From Dehalococcoidia bacterium (GTDB taxonomy: Bacteria > Chloroflexota > Dehalococcoidia > UBA2979), in assembly GCA_965262725.1 (NCBI GenBank), contig OZ253555.1, positions 3,040,001-3,104,000 of the forward strand: a stretch of 64,000 nucleotides of DNA, read 5' to 3'. Of the stretch, positions 49,547-59,825 are shown in pieces. Below the pieces are notes generated by a model, which was not told the origin of the DNA, did no database searches, and saw only the letters and a list, made by a program, of their open reading frames with translations. Positions within the stretch are counted from its first letter, which is position 1. Each line of letters begins with the position of its first letter. A program made the translations under genes and the position numbers.

Positions 49547-50698
49547 TCAACGCCCGGTCGTGCCAGCCCGCTGCTCCAAGATCACCGCCTCGAGCAGCTC
49601 GCGCGTTCGTCCTAGGATCGTGTCGTAGGGGTAGTGCCCGACGACATCGGAGCCGCGTTTCAGGTTGACACCAGTCGGGCCGCACCACAGCCCGATGTCG
49701 GCGCTGTCGGTCTCGCCCGGGCCGTTCACGCGGCAGCCCATCACTGCGATCGTGACCCGCTCCTCGCGGGCGAAGGCACTCATCTCCTTCACCTGCCTGG
49801 CGAGATCGACGAAGGCCTCGTTTTCCACGCGGGAGCATGAGGGGCAAGAGATGATGTTGAGGCCGCCGTCGAGGAAGGTCGGGACTGAGCGGAAGCGGCC
49901 TGCGGCGATATCGGCGAGGATCGCGCGGCCGGCGCGCACCTCCTCGCCCTTCTCCTCGAACGGGACCGTGAGCGAGACGCGCACGGTGTCGCCGATCCCC
50001 TGCGAGAGCAGTTGCTCGAAGGCGACGCGGGTCTTGATCACGCCCTCCGGCGGCATCCCGGCCTCGGTCACCCCGAGGTGGAGCGGGACGTCCGGGCGCG
50101 CTGAAGCGAAGCGCCGGTTCGCATCGACTACCTTGCGCCAGTCGGAGTCCTTGAGCGAGACGACGTAGCGCGTGAATCCGAGGTCGTCGAGGAGCGTCGC
50201 GTGTTCGAGCGCGCTCTCCACCATCGCGCCGACGTCGTCCTCGCCGAAGCGCTCGGTCAGTGCAGGATCGACCGATCCGCAGTTCACGCCCACTCGGAGC
50301 GCGACGTCGTGGCGCTCCGCCGTCTCGGCGAGGAAGGCGACCTTCTCCCGGACCGGCTTCGTGCGCTCGTGGTGGTAGAGGTGGCCGGGGTTGTAGCGCA
50401 CCTTGTCGACGAGCGGCGCGACAAGGGGCGCGAGCCGGTAGTTCTCCTGCAGGTCGACGGAGAGCGTCGCCTGCGCGCGGTCCCTGACCTCCGCCAGCGC
50501 CTCGACATCCTTCCGGGAGTCGACCGCGATGCGCACGATATCCGCACCGGCCTCCTGGAGTAGCTCGACCTGTCTCACCGTCGCGTCGACGTCCTGCGTG
50601 CGCGTCGCGGCCATCGATTGCACCACGATCGGGGCGCCGTCCCCGACCGTGACCGGCCCGATCCTGACCGCCCGCGTGCGGTTGCGCTCCGCGCTCAC
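49547..50698 (-). CDS. ispG: 4-hydroxy-3-methylbut-2-en-1-yl diphosphate synthase
   Basis: [30 protein letters not shown] and [10 protein letters not shown]. Confidence 0.95.
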   Translation of the reverse strand: MSAERNRTRAVRIGPVTVGDGAPIVVQSMAATRTQDVDATVRQVELLQEAGADIVRIAVDSRKDVEALAEVRDRAQATLSVDLQENYRLAPLVAPLVDKVRYNPGHLYHHERTKPVREKVAFLAETAERHDVALRVGVNCGSVDPALTERFGEDDVGAMVESALEHATLLDDLGFTRYVVSLKDSDWRKVVDANRRFASARPDVPLHLGVTEAGMPPEGVIKTRVAFEQLLSQGIGDTVRVSLTVPFEEKGEEVRAGRAILADIAAGRFRSVPTFLDGGLNIISCPSCSRVENEAFVDLARQVKEMSAFAREERVTIAVMGCRVNGPGETDSADIGLWCGPTGVNLKRGSDVVGHYPYDTILGRTRELLEAVILEQRAGTTGR

Positions 50699-50798
50699 CG
50701 GTTCCCCCTGCTCCGCTCCCCGGACGTTCCGGCTCCGGCGGTCGATATTCCCACAGCGGAGCGGGGGCCGCCAGCGACGGCGGCGCTCCAGCGGACCC

Positions 50799-51956
50799 CT
50801 ACCGGAAGAGCGACTCCCCGTTGGCGATGCGGGCGATGTCGGCAAAGGTGATCACCACCGCGAGGCCGATGAAGACCGCGAAGCCGGCAAGGTGGACGAG
50901 CGCCTCCCGCTCGGGCGCCACGCGCCGCCCGCGTCGCGCGATCTCGATCAGGAGGAAGGAGAGTCGGCCGCCGTCGAGCATCGGCAGCGGCAGAAGATTG
51001 AGCACGCCGAGGTTGATCGAGAGCACCGCGGCCAGCGAGAAGAGGGGCGAGATGCCGCCCTCCCGCGCCACCTCCCCCGTCGTCTGCGCGATGCCGACCG
51101 GACCCGCGAGCGCGGGCCCGCCCGATCCCTTCACCCACCCGATCACCTCGTTGCGAAAGAGGACCATCGAGTCGACGGTGGCCCGTAGCCCCGCCCCCGC
51201 CGCCTCCCAGGGGGGCAGCGCGATCGTGTCGGTGAAGGGGTACTGGGCGGCAATCCTGATGCCGGTCGGGCCCTGGCCGGCGGGCGGCGCCCAGCGCGGC
51301 TCCACCACCACCGTGACGAGGCCCTCATCCCCTCGCTTCACCACGAACTCGGTCTCCCGGCCCTGCTGGAGGCGCACCAGTCGCCCGGTCTCGGCCACGT
51401 TCTTCGCGTTGCGGCCGCCGACCTCGAAGATCACGTCTCCTGTTTGAAGGCCCGCCGCCTCCGCCGGAGCGCCCGGCACCACTTCCGCGATCACCGCGCG
51501 CGCCGCCGACTCCTCGTGCGGGACCGCGTAGGCGACCGCGAAGAGCAGCACCGGCAGCAGCAGGTTCGCGACCGCGCCCGAGACGATCACTACGAAGCGC
51601 TTCCACCGCGCCTGCGCCGCCAACGAGCGCGGATCCTCCGGATCCTCCTCGCCCAGGAGGCGCACGAAGCCGCCGAGGGGCAGCCAGTTGACCGAGTAGA
51701 TGGTCTCACCCCACCGCACGGCGCCGATGCGCGGCGGGAAGCCGACGCCGAACTCGAGCACCTGGACGCCGAAGAGCCTCGCCGTGACGAAGTGCGCCGC
51801 CTCGTGCGCGAGCACAAGCCCGGTGATCATGAGCACGAAGAGCGCCGCCGAGTGCACGGCGTCTCCCGCGCGCGGGAGGACGACGGCGACTACGGCCGCC
51901 GCCAGCAGCAAGGCGAGCGCGGCGGAGCCGAGGCGCCCGCCGAGGCGGCGGCTCAC
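50799..51956 (-). CDS. rseP: RseP/RasP M50 intramembrane metalloprotease with PDZ
   Basis: HEAAH, PLGGFV, PDZ domain and [11 protein letters not shown]. Confidence 0.92.
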   Translation of the reverse strand: MSRRLGGRLGSAALALLLAAAVVAVVLPRAGDAVHSAALFVLMITGLVLAHEAAHFVTARLFGVQVLEFGVGFPPRIGAVRWGETIYSVNWLPLGGFVRLLGEEDPEDPRSLAAQARWKRFVVIVSGAVANLLLPVLLFAVAYAVPHEESAARAVIAEVVPGAPAEAAGLQTGDVIFEVGGRNAKNVAETGRLVRLQQGRETEFVVKRGDEGLVTVVVEPRWAPPAGQGPTGIRIAAQYPFTDTIALPPWEAAGAGLRATVDSMVLFRNEVIGWVKGSGGPALAGPVGIAQTTGEVAREGGISPLFSLAAVLSINLGVLNLLPLPMLDGGRLSFLLIEIARRGRRVAPEREALVHLAGFAVFIGLAVVITFADIARIANGESLFR

Positions 51957-53176
51957 GTGTCGCGCCCCCCGTGGCGACTCTTGGCGCGGCCACCGGCGGG
52001 GGACGGTGCGCGCAGGCTCGGGCCAGTCCCGTCCACGGCACGGTCGACGAAGTCCCGGCCCCATGCCTCGGCCACGAGCAGCGCGTCGAGGTCGTCCTCG
52101 GCGACCGGCTCGTGCGCGTCGAGCACGGCGTGAAGCAGCCGCGGAATCTCGGTGAAGCCGCAGCGGCCGCCGAGGAAGTGGGCGACCGCCGCCTCGTCGG
52201 CGCCGGAGAGGGCCGCGGCCGATCCATCCGCGCGCCGCCCCGCCTCAAGCGCCAGCGCGAGCGCCGGGAAGCGATCGTGGTCGACCGGCTCGAAGTGGAG
52301 CCGGCCGGTGCGCGCGAGATCGAGCGGCGCGACGTGCTGCGCCGGCAGTCGCTCCGGGTAGGTCAGCGCACACTGGATCGGGAGCCGCATGTTCGGCTCG
52401 CCGAGCTGTGCCTTCACCGAGCCGTCGACAAACCGCACCATCGAGTGCACGACGCTCTCGCGGTGCTGCACGATGTCGATGCGCGAGAGCGGCACGTCGA
52501 ACAGCCAGCGCGCTTCTATCGCCTCGAGTCCCTTGTTGAAGAGCGTGGCGCTGTCGACGGTCACTTTGCGCCCCATCGACCAGGTGGGGTGCTCGAGCGC
52601 CTGCTCGGGCGTCACGCGCTCGAGCTCGCCGGCCTCAAGGTCGCGGAAGGCACCGCCCGAGGCGGTCAGAGTCAGCTGCTCGACGGCCTCCGGCCGTTCC
52701 CCCCACAGGCACTGCCAGATCGCCGAGTGCTCGGAGTCGACCGGGCGGAGCTCCGCCCCGGTCGGCTCGCCCTCGGCGAGCGCGCGCCGCACCTCGGCGC
52801 CGGCCACGACGAGCACCTCCTTGTTCGCGATCGCCACCTTCTTCCCGGCCCGCAGGGCGGCGAGCGTCGGCGCGAGTCCGGCGAGCCCCGTGGTGGCTAC
52901 CAGCACGACGTCGACGTCGTCCCGCACCGCCAGCTCCTCGAGCGGGGCTAGGGACACAGCGCCGGCCCCGGGCGGCGACCACCCGTCCGGGGGCGCGTCC
53001 GCCCACACGGCGGATGGACGGTGCTCGGCGAGCTGTGCCCCCAGCTCCTCGACGTTGCTGCCACAGGCGAGCGCGGAGACGCGGAGACGGTTCGGGAGCA
53101 TACGGACGACGTCGAGGGCCTGTCGCCCGATGGAGCCCGTCGAGCCGAGGATGGCGAGACCGATTATGTCGCCCAT
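51953..53176 (-). CDS. dxr: 1-deoxy-D-xylulose 5-phosphate reductoisomerase
   Basis: LGSTGSIG, ANKE, PVDSEHSAI and HPTWSMG. Confidence 0.96.
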   Translation of the reverse strand: MGDIIGLAILGSTGSIGRQALDVVRMLPNRLRVSALACGSNVEELGAQLAEHRPSAVWADAPPDGWSPPGAGAVSLAPLEELAVRDDVDVVLVATTGLAGLAPTLAALRAGKKVAIANKEVLVVAGAEVRRALAEGEPTGAELRPVDSEHSAIWQCLWGERPEAVEQLTLTASGGAFRDLEAGELERVTPEQALEHPTWSMGRKVTVDSATLFNKGLEAIEARWLFDVPLSRIDIVQHRESVVHSMVRFVDGSVKAQLGEPNMRLPIQCALTYPERLPAQHVAPLDLARTGRLHFEPVDHDRFPALALALEAGRRADGSAAALSGADEAAVAHFLGGRCGFTEIPRLLHAVLDAHEPVAEDDLDALLVAEAWGRDFVDRAVDGTGPSLRAPSPAGGRAKSRHGGRDT

Positions 53177-53991
53177 ACCAAGAGCCAGTATAGGGTCGGA
53201 CCCGCCAGCAGAATCGAATCCATCCGGTCGAGGAGACCGCCGTGCCCCGGCAGCAGACGGGAGAAGTCCTTCCTCCCGAGGCGTCGCTTGATGGCGGAGG
53301 CGAGGAGGTCGCCGCCGTGCGCCGCGACGGGCAGGGCCAGCGCGACGGCGGCGAGTTCAGGCAGGAGGGAGGCCCCGCCGTCGCCTGCGAGATCGAGCAC
53401 CCAGGCCGCGCCGAGCGTCGCGAGGGCGCCGGCGAGGAGCCCCCCGACCGCCCCCTCCCAGGTCTTGCCGGCGGAGAGCTGCGGCGCGAGCGCGTGCCGC
53501 CCGAGCGGGCGGCCGACGGCGTAGGCCCCCGTGTCGGTCGCGAAGACGGCGGCGAGCAGGACGACCAACCACCGCTGCCCCTCCGGCTCCATCCGGAGCA
53601 GCACCACGTGCACGAGCAGGACGCCGACGTAGAGCACGCCCGCCGCCCACCAGAGCACGGACACGCGGCGGCTCGCAGGCGCCCGCAGCGCCGCCGCGAG
53701 CACGAGCACGCAGACGGCGAGCGCAGCCGCACTCGCTCCCCGATCGACCGAGGAGAGACCGGCGGCGAGGGCTGAGGAGGCGCCGGCGGCGGAGGCGATC
53801 ACCCCCGCGCCTCCGCCCGCGGCGCGCAGGAGCTCGCCGGCGCCTACCGCGGCGAGGAGCACCAGCGCGACGAGAAACGCCCGATCCGGGAGCGCCAGCA
53901 ACGCGGCGAGCGCGGGGAGTCCGATCAGCGCGACGCCGAGCCGGGCCCGGAGGGCGCCCTGAGGCGGAAATGCTGCGCGGCCTCTCTCCAC
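53164..53991 (-). CDS. cdsA: Phosphatidate cytidylyltransferase
   Basis: DTGAY, KTWEG and KDFSRLLPGHGGLLDRMDS. Confidence 0.92.
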   Translation of the reverse strand: MERGRAAFPPQGALRARLGVALIGLPALAALLALPDRAFLVALVLLAAVGAGELLRAAGGGAGVIASAAGASSALAAGLSSVDRGASAAALAVCVLVLAAALRAPASRRVSVLWWAAGVLYVGVLLVHVVLLRMEPEGQRWLVVLLAAVFATDTGAYAVGRPLGRHALAPQLSAGKTWEGAVGGLLAGALATLGAAWVLDLAGDGGASLLPELAAVALALPVAAHGGDLLASAIKRRLGRKDFSRLLPGHGGLLDRMDSILLAGPTLYWLLVWAT

Positions 53992-54017
53992 GGCGCCTCG
54001 ATCCTGCGCCGGACCGG

Positions 54018-54806
54018 CTACGCGCCGGCGGACGTGGTCAGCTCATCCGGAGCGCACGGGCTCTCCGGGACGAGGCCGAAGCGACGTCGGCGGCGGCCGT
54101 ACTCCAGAAGCGCGGCGTCGACCGCACCCGCATCGAAGTCGGGCCACAGCGTCGGGGTGAAGTAGTACTCCGCGTAGGCGGCCTGCCAGACGAGGAAGTT
54201 CGAGATGCGCCGCTCGCCGCCGGTGCGGATGAGCAGGTCGGGCTCCGGGAGGTGGGCGGTCGCGATGCGCTCCGCGATCGCCTCCTCGGTGATGTCCTCC
54301 GAGCGCACCCCGTCGTCGACGAGACTCCGCACCGCGTCCACGATGTCGGCGCGGCCGCCGTAGCTGAAGGCGACGTTGAGCACGAGGCCCGTGTTGGAGG
54401 CCGTCCGCTCGACGGCGTGCCGCACCTTGCCCCGGAGCGCCCTCGGGAGCCGCCCGATATCCCCGATGTGCGCCAGGCGCACGCCGGCCTCGTCAAGCTC
54501 CGAGAGCCTGGTGTCGATGAAGTCGGCGGCGAGGCCCAGGATCGCCTCGACCTCGACACGCGGCCGGCCCCAGTTCTCCGTCGAGAAGGCGAAGAGCGTG
54601 AGCACCGGGACGCGGTGCTGCGAGAGCCGCTCGGCGACGGTCCGGATCACGAGGGCGCCCGCGCGGTGCCCCTCCGCGCGGGCGAGACCGCGCGCTGTGG
54701 CCCAGCGGCCGTTCCCGTCCATGATGATCGCGACATGGCGCGGCACGCTCGAGAGCGCCGGGAGCGGCGGCATCTCCGCGGCGTGCGGGGCTTGCCCTGC
54801 TACCAC
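54018..54806 (-). CDS. uppS: Undecaprenyl/polyprenyl diphosphate synthase
   Basis: HVAIIMDGNGRWA, AFSTENW and RTGGERRISNF. Confidence 0.95.
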   Translation of the reverse strand: MVAGQAPHAAEMPPLPALSSVPRHVAIIMDGNGRWATARGLARAEGHRAGALVIRTVAERLSQHRVPVLTLFAFSTENWGRPRVEVEAILGLAADFIDTRLSELDEAGVRLAHIGDIGRLPRALRGKVRHAVERTASNTGLVLNVAFSYGGRADIVDAVRSLVDDGVRSEDITEEAIAERIATAHLPEPDLLIRTGGERRISNFLVWQAAYAEYYFTPTLWPDFDAGAVDAALLEYGRRRRRFGLVPESPCAPDELTTSAGA

Positions 54807-54876
54807 GCGCGTCCTCCGCTTCCCAGCTGCCCGGCCCGAACGGTCCGGCCGCGCCGCCGGCTCCCCAGCGCGGCGC

Positions 54877-55434
54877 TCATACCTCCAGCAGCTCGCGCTC
54901 CTTCTCCGCCGATAGCTGCTGCAGCGCCTCGACGTGCTCCTGCGTGGTGCGCTCGAGTCGCTCGATCTCGCGGCGCTCCTCGTCCTCCGAGAGATCGCCC
55001 GCGCGGAGCTCCCTGCGCAGCCCCTCGACGGCGTGGCGCCGCACGTTGCGCACGGCAACGCGCGAGTCCTCGAGCTTCCCACCGAGCTGTCGCACCAGCT
55101 CGCGGCGGCGCTCCTCCGTGAGTGGGGGGATGGGGAGCCGGATCACGACGCCGTCCGAGGCAGGGTTGATGCCGAGATCGCTCTGCTGTATCGCGCGCAC
55201 AATCGGATCGACGGCGCCCCGGTCCCACGGCTGCACGGTGATCAGCTGCGCGTCCGGCGCCGCCAGCGTAGCGAGCTGGTTGAGCGGGAGCGTCTGGCCG
55301 TAGTGCGAGACGGGGAGGTGCTCCACGAGCGCGGTGTGGGCGCGCCCCGTGCGGATCGTCACAATCGAGCTGGCGAACGCATCGACGGCCTTGTCCATGC
55401 GCCGGGCCGCGTCGTCGAGTATCTCCTCCGACAT
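54877..55434 (-). CDS. frr: Ribosome recycling factor
   Basis: IRTGRA, PPLTEERR and VAVRNVRR. Confidence 0.96.
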   Translation of the reverse strand: MSEEILDDAARRMDKAVDAFASSIVTIRTGRAHTALVEHLPVSHYGQTLPLNQLATLAAPDAQLITVQPWDRGAVDPIVRAIQQSDLGINPASDGVVIRLPIPPLTEERRRELVRQLGGKLEDSRVAVRNVRRHAVEGLRRELRAGDLSEDEERREIERLERTTQEHVEALQQLSAEKERELLEV

Positions 55435-55582
55435 CGCCCCCTCCCCCCCGCGCGAGCCGCCCCGCCACCGATCCGTCCGGGGCCGGTGCATCTAGTCCCC
55501 CACGATAGCGCAGCCACCACCGCCGCGGCAGGCCGCCGCCCGGGGGTCCGTGCTAGGCGGCGGGGAGGGGCGGAGCCGCCGC

Positions 55583-56083
55583 CTAGCCGCCGAGCTCGAA
55601 GCGGGCGAAATTGGCGACGCGGATGTTCTCGCCCGTCTGCGCGACCGCCTCCCTCAGCAGCTCCCCGATGGTCTGCGAGGCGTCCTTAATGAAGGGCTGC
55701 TCTAGGAGCGCGTGCTGGGATCGATCACCCTCCACGTCCTCTGGAACGTCCTCTTCGGTCACGCCGAGCGGGTTCATCGCCGCGACCTGCATCGCGACGT
55801 CCCGCGCGAGGCGGCGGAAGGTGTCGGTCCTGGCGACGAAGTCCGTCTCGCAGTTCACCTCGACCAGCGCGCCGATGCGGCCGTCTCCATGGATGTACGC
55901 CTCGACGAGACCCTGTCCGGTGGCGCGGCCGGCGCGCTTCGTCGCAGCCGCGATGCCGCGCTCGCGCAGCAGGCGGCGCGCCGCCTCGAAGTCCCCCTCG
56001 GACTCCTCCAGCGCGCGCTTGCTGTCCATCACACCCGCGCCGGTCTCGGCGCGGAGCCTCTTCACGTCCTCCGCAGTGACCAA
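55583..56083 (-). CDS. tsf: Elongation factor Ts (short form)
   Basis: VKRLRAETGAG and EVNCETDFVA. Confidence 0.95.
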   Translation of the reverse strand: MVTAEDVKRLRAETGAGVMDSKRALEESEGDFEAARRLLRERGIAAATKRAGRATGQGLVEAYIHGDGRIGALVEVNCETDFVARTDTFRRLARDVAMQVAAMNPLGVTEEDVPEDVEGDRSQHALLEQPFIKDASQTIGELLREAVAQTGENIRVANFARFELGG

Positions 56084-56155
56084 TGCGCACTCCTCGCACA
56101 GCCGAGCGTCCTGCCCGCCACGTTCACGGATCCCGCCCGACCGGGCGGTCTCAGG

Positions 56156-56944
56156 CTAGTCCCTGGGCGCCGCGGCCTCGGGCGGGGCGGCGCCCCGCGC
56201 CTCCTCCTGGGACTCGGCGGCGGCCATTGCACGCTGCCGCGCGGCGAGTTCCTCCTCCACCTCACTGTAGGCCCGCCCCTCGAGGACGGCGTCGGCGACC
56301 CGGCCGGTGATCAGTTGAATCGCCCGGATCGCATCGTCGTTGGAGGGGACCGGGAAGTCGACGATGTCCGGATCGGCGTTGGTATCGCACATCGCGACGA
56401 CCGGAACCTTGACCCGGTTCGCCTCCTTGACGGCGATCTCCTCCATCGTCGGGTCGACGACAAAGACGATGCCCGGCGGCCGGGTGAGCCGGCGGAGGCC
56501 GCCGAAGGCGCGCTCCATGCGTGCGCGCTCCTTCTCGAGCCGGAGTCGTTGCTTCTTCGGGAGCGCCAGATCGGCCTCCGTCTCCGCCCGCTCGTCGAGC
56601 TCCTTGAGGCGCTCGATGCGCCGAGCGATCGTCTGAAAGTTCGTGAGCGTGCCGCCCAGCCAGCGCGTGTTGACGAAGGGCATGCCGCAGCGCTCGGCCT
56701 CCCGGCGCACGATCTCGCGGGACTGCTTCTTCGTGCCGACGAAGAGCACGGAGTCCCCGGCCGAGACCGACTCGCGGACCTGCGTCAGCGCCTCCTCGAG
56801 GCGGCGCACCGTCTGCGAGAGGTCGAGGATGTGGATCCCGTTGCGCTCGGTGAAGATGAACGGCCGCATCCGCGGATTCCAGCGGCGCGTCTGGTGGCCA
56901 AAGTGGACGCCCGCTTCGAGCATCTCGCGCATCGTCGTGGCCAC
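56156..56944 (-). CDS. rpsB: 30S ribosomal protein S2
   Basis: LEAGVHFGHQTRRWNP, RWLGGTLTNF and NDDAIRAI. Confidence 0.97.
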   Translation of the reverse strand: MATTMREMLEAGVHFGHQTRRWNPRMRPFIFTERNGIHILDLSQTVRRLEEALTQVRESVSAGDSVLFVGTKKQSREIVRREAERCGMPFVNTRWLGGTLTNFQTIARRIERLKELDERAETEADLALPKKQRLRLEKERARMERAFGGLRRLTRPPGIVFVVDPTMEEIAVKEANRVKVPVVAMCDTNADPDIVDFPVPSNDDAIRAIQLITGRVADAVLEGRAYSEVEEELAARQRAMAAAESQEEARGAAPPEAAAPRD

Positions 56945-57301
56945 GGTTCCTCCAGCGTCGGCGCCTCTCCCGGTCAAGGCCGCGCAAAACGCGGCGCCGA
57001 CCGTCGGCGCTCTCCAATTCCGATCGAATCCCCGCGCTCGGTGTCGGCGGTCGGGCATCAGGGCCGTCCGCCAGCGACGGTGCGGTGCGCGCCAGGCGCT
57101 CCCGCGAGTTCGCGGTCAGTATAGGGTGCCCCCGCGCGCAGCGGCCAGCGAGGTGCACGGGAGCAGACCGGCGGTCGTTGTCCCGTATGAGGCCTCCCCG
57201 TACACTACACGCCCACCTTGTCGACGGGCGTCGATGACGAGCCGCAGCCGCAGCGGTGAATGCGCTCCGATAGACGGACGCAGCCGGGGGAGGAGACGCA
57301 C

Positions 57302-57721
57302 GTGCCGCGCTACGACTTCGCCTGCGAGGCGGGACACCGCTTCGAGCTCGAACTCCCGTTCAAATCGGCGCTGGAGCAGCCGTGCACCCGCTGCGACAAG
57401 AGGGCGAGGCGCGGCTTCAACCCGCCGCTCTTCCGTTACCGGGGGATGGGCTTCTACACCACCGACACGCGCAAGAACCGCCGCAAGCCCGAGAAGGACC
57501 CAGAGTCCTCAGGGCGCAGCGAGGAGCCCCCGGAGGGCGGGTTGCCCCAGGAGAGCGAGACGAGGCACGGCGACGCGAAGGCTCCCACCGCCGGGATCGT
57601 CCGAGACTCGCCGGCGCCGCAAGCCTCGGAGAACGGCCCGGCTGGGGGCGGCGCCTCCACCACGCGACGCGGCGGCGCTCGCCGCGGCGGATCCGCGCGG
57701 CGGCGCTCGTCCGCCGACTGA
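57302..57721 (+). CDS. FmdB family zinc-ribbon protein
   Basis: MPRYDFAC..GHRFE...C..C...GFYTTD; GGAG RBS. Confidence 0.8.
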   Translation: MPRYDFACEAGHRFELELPFKSALEQPCTRCDKRARRGFNPPLFRYRGMGFYTTDTRKNRRKPEKDPESSGRSEEPPEGGLPQESETRHGDAKAPTAGIVRDSPAPQASENGPAGGGASTTRRGGARRGGSARRRSSAD

Positions 57722-57782
57722 GCCACCCTCTCGCGGCGATTCCGCTCTCGCCTCCGACACACGCGCCCGGAGAGCGACGCTA

Positions 57783-58283
57783 GTGCGAGCGGTCGTCCAG
57801 CGAGTCCGCTCCGCGAGCGTGCTCGTCGCGGGCAACGAGGTAGGCTCCATCGGCCCGGGTCTCCTCGCCTACGTCGGGGTCGCCGACGACGACGCGGAGC
57901 AGGACGCGGCGTGGATCGCGCGCAAGCTCGCGGAACTGCGGCTCTTCGAGGGAGAGGACGGGCGCCTCGACCGCTCACTCGCCGACCGGCTCCGGGCCGG
58001 CGAACCGGCGGCCGCGCTCGTCATCTCGCAGTTCACGCTCCTCGCCGACATCCGCAAAGGACGGCGCCCCTCCTTCGTCCGGGCGGCGCCCCCCGAGCGG
58101 GCCGTGCCGCTATACGAGTCCGTCGTGGACGCGCTGCGCTCCGACGGCGTCGAGGTTGCGACGGGGAGTTTCGGCGCCCGGATGCTCGTTCAGAGCGAGA
58201 ACGACGGGCCGGTCACGCTCTGGCTCGACTCGGCGCGCTCGGTGCGCCGTCCGGGCGGGTTCGGCGCCGGGCCACAGCGCTAG
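57783..58283 (+). CDS. dtd: D-aminoacyl-tRNA deacylase
   Basis: MRAVVQRV, SQFTL, KGRRPSF and NDGPVT. Confidence 0.95.
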   Translation: MRAVVQRVRSASVLVAGNEVGSIGPGLLAYVGVADDDAEQDAAWIARKLAELRLFEGEDGRLDRSLADRLRAGEPAAALVISQFTLLADIRKGRRPSFVRAAPPERAVPLYESVVDALRSDGVEVATGSFGARMLVQSENDGPVTLWLDSARSVRRPGGFGAGPQR

Positions 58284-58843
58284 CCCGACGGCGGACGCTC
58301 CGCGATGGCAAGCGCCTCCCCGGAGGCGACGGCATCCTGCACGCGGTCGGCCGTGTAGTGCTCGCCGGGGTCGAGCGAGGTGTCGAGCACCACGCCCGGG
58401 ATGAGCCCCGACGCCGCCTCCCGGCCGAAGGCGGCGTGCAGGCTCTCCAGACCCCCCGGCACGGCCGCGTCGCGGCCCGCGCCGCGCGACCGCGCCACCT
58501 CCAGGGACGGAAGGAGCGTGACCGCGTGCACAGGCGCGCCCGCCCCGGCGACCGCCGCCCGGTAGGCATCGATGTCGGTTGAGAGCGCCGTGTCGTCGAT
58601 GAGGCAAGCGTAGCGGAGCGCGGAGCACTCGACGGCGATGGCCGAGGCGTTCCTGATGGCCAGCAGCCGCTGCTCGCGCGCCTGCTCATCTTGGGCCCAC
58701 GGGTGGCGGTAGCCGGCGCGGACCCAGCCGCGGAGCACGTCGACATCGACGTGGAGCATGCGGTCGAAGCGCTCGCAGAGCGCCCGGGAGACGGCGGACT
58801 TCCCGACTCCGGGCGGCCCAGTGATCAGCACGATCTGGTGCAC
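58280..58843 (-). CDS. P-loop (AAA_33-like) small-molecule kinase
   Basis: ITGPPGVGKS; nucleotide-kinase-like fold. Confidence 0.75.
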   Translation of the reverse strand: MHQIVLITGPPGVGKSAVSRALCERFDRMLHVDVDVLRGWVRAGYRHPWAQDEQAREQRLLAIRNASAIAVECSALRYACLIDDTALSTDIDAYRAAVAGAGAPVHAVTLLPSLEVARSRGAGRDAAVPGGLESLHAAFGREAASGLIPGVVLDTSLDPGEHYTADRVQDAVASGEALAIAERPPSG

Positions 58844-58862
58844 GGCCCACCCTCCCACGCGC

Positions 58863-59756
58863 TCACGACGACGCCGACACGCGGCCCGGCACCACATCGA
58901 GCGCCACGTCGAGCGCGGGCGCGGAGTGCGTGAGCGCCCCCGAGGAGATCAGGTGTACGCCGGAGGCGGCGACCTCGCGCACGTTCTCAAGCGTGATGCC
59001 ACCCGACGCCTCGAAGAGGACGCGCCCGTCCCCTGTGCGCTCGATGACCTCGCCCATGGCTCGGGGGTTCATGTTGTCGAGGAGGATCACGTCGGCACCA
59101 GCCGCGACCGCGGCGCGCGCACCCTCCTCGTCGGTGACCTCCACCTCCAACCGCAGCGTGTGCGGGACCGCCCTTCGCGCCTCCCGGATCAGCTCCACGA
59201 CGCTCACCCCGCGCGCCTCCCCCGCGCGCAGGTGATTGTCCTTGATGAGCACGCCGTCCTCGAGCGTGTTGCGGTGATTGAAAGCGCCCCCGACGCGGAC
59301 CGCGTAGCGCTCCAGATCGCGCAGACCGGGCGTCGTCTTGCGCGTGTCGACCACCCGCGCCGGACCACCCGCGGCCGCGCGCTCGACGAACTGCCGAGTC
59401 ACGGTCGCGATGCCCGAGAGGCGTTGCACGAAGTTGAGTGCGACGCGCTCCGCCTGGAGCAGAGGCGCGAGAGGCCCCGAGACCTCCGCGAGCGCCTCGC
59501 CCGCCTCGACGGAGGCGCCCTCGTCGACGAGCGGCACGAGGACGAGCTCATCCGAGAGCTGCGCGAAGGCCTCGCGCGCCGCCGCGAGCCCGCAGAGGAC
59601 GCCCGCCTCACGCGCGCGAAGGACGGCTCTCCCGCGCTGCCCGGCGGGCACGACGGCCTGCGTCGTGACGTCTCGCCGTGCGCGATCCTCCTCGAGGGCA
59701 CGGGCGATCGCCGAGCGCAGGGAGGCCGGATCGTAGGGCCGGACCGCTCGCTCCAT
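58863..59756 (-). CDS. nadC: Nicotinate-nucleotide pyrophosphorylase
   Basis: DTRKTTPG, LIKDNH, ILLDNM, EASGG and LTHSA. Confidence 0.96.
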   Translation of the reverse strand: MERAVRPYDPASLRSAIARALEEDRARRDVTTQAVVPAGQRGRAVLRAREAGVLCGLAAAREAFAQLSDELVLVPLVDEGASVEAGEALAEVSGPLAPLLQAERVALNFVQRLSGIATVTRQFVERAAAGGPARVVDTRKTTPGLRDLERYAVRVGGAFNHRNTLEDGVLIKDNHLRAGEARGVSVVELIREARRAVPHTLRLEVEVTDEEGARAAVAAGADVILLDNMNPRAMGEVIERTGDGRVLFEASGGITLENVREVAASGVHLISSGALTHSAPALDVALDVVPGRVSASS

Positions 59757-59825
59757 CGCCGCCCTCCCGCGAGCCTGTGCCGCGTTCCCCGGCCGATGCC
59801 CCCGGCGGCGCCGCTCCCGTGCGTG

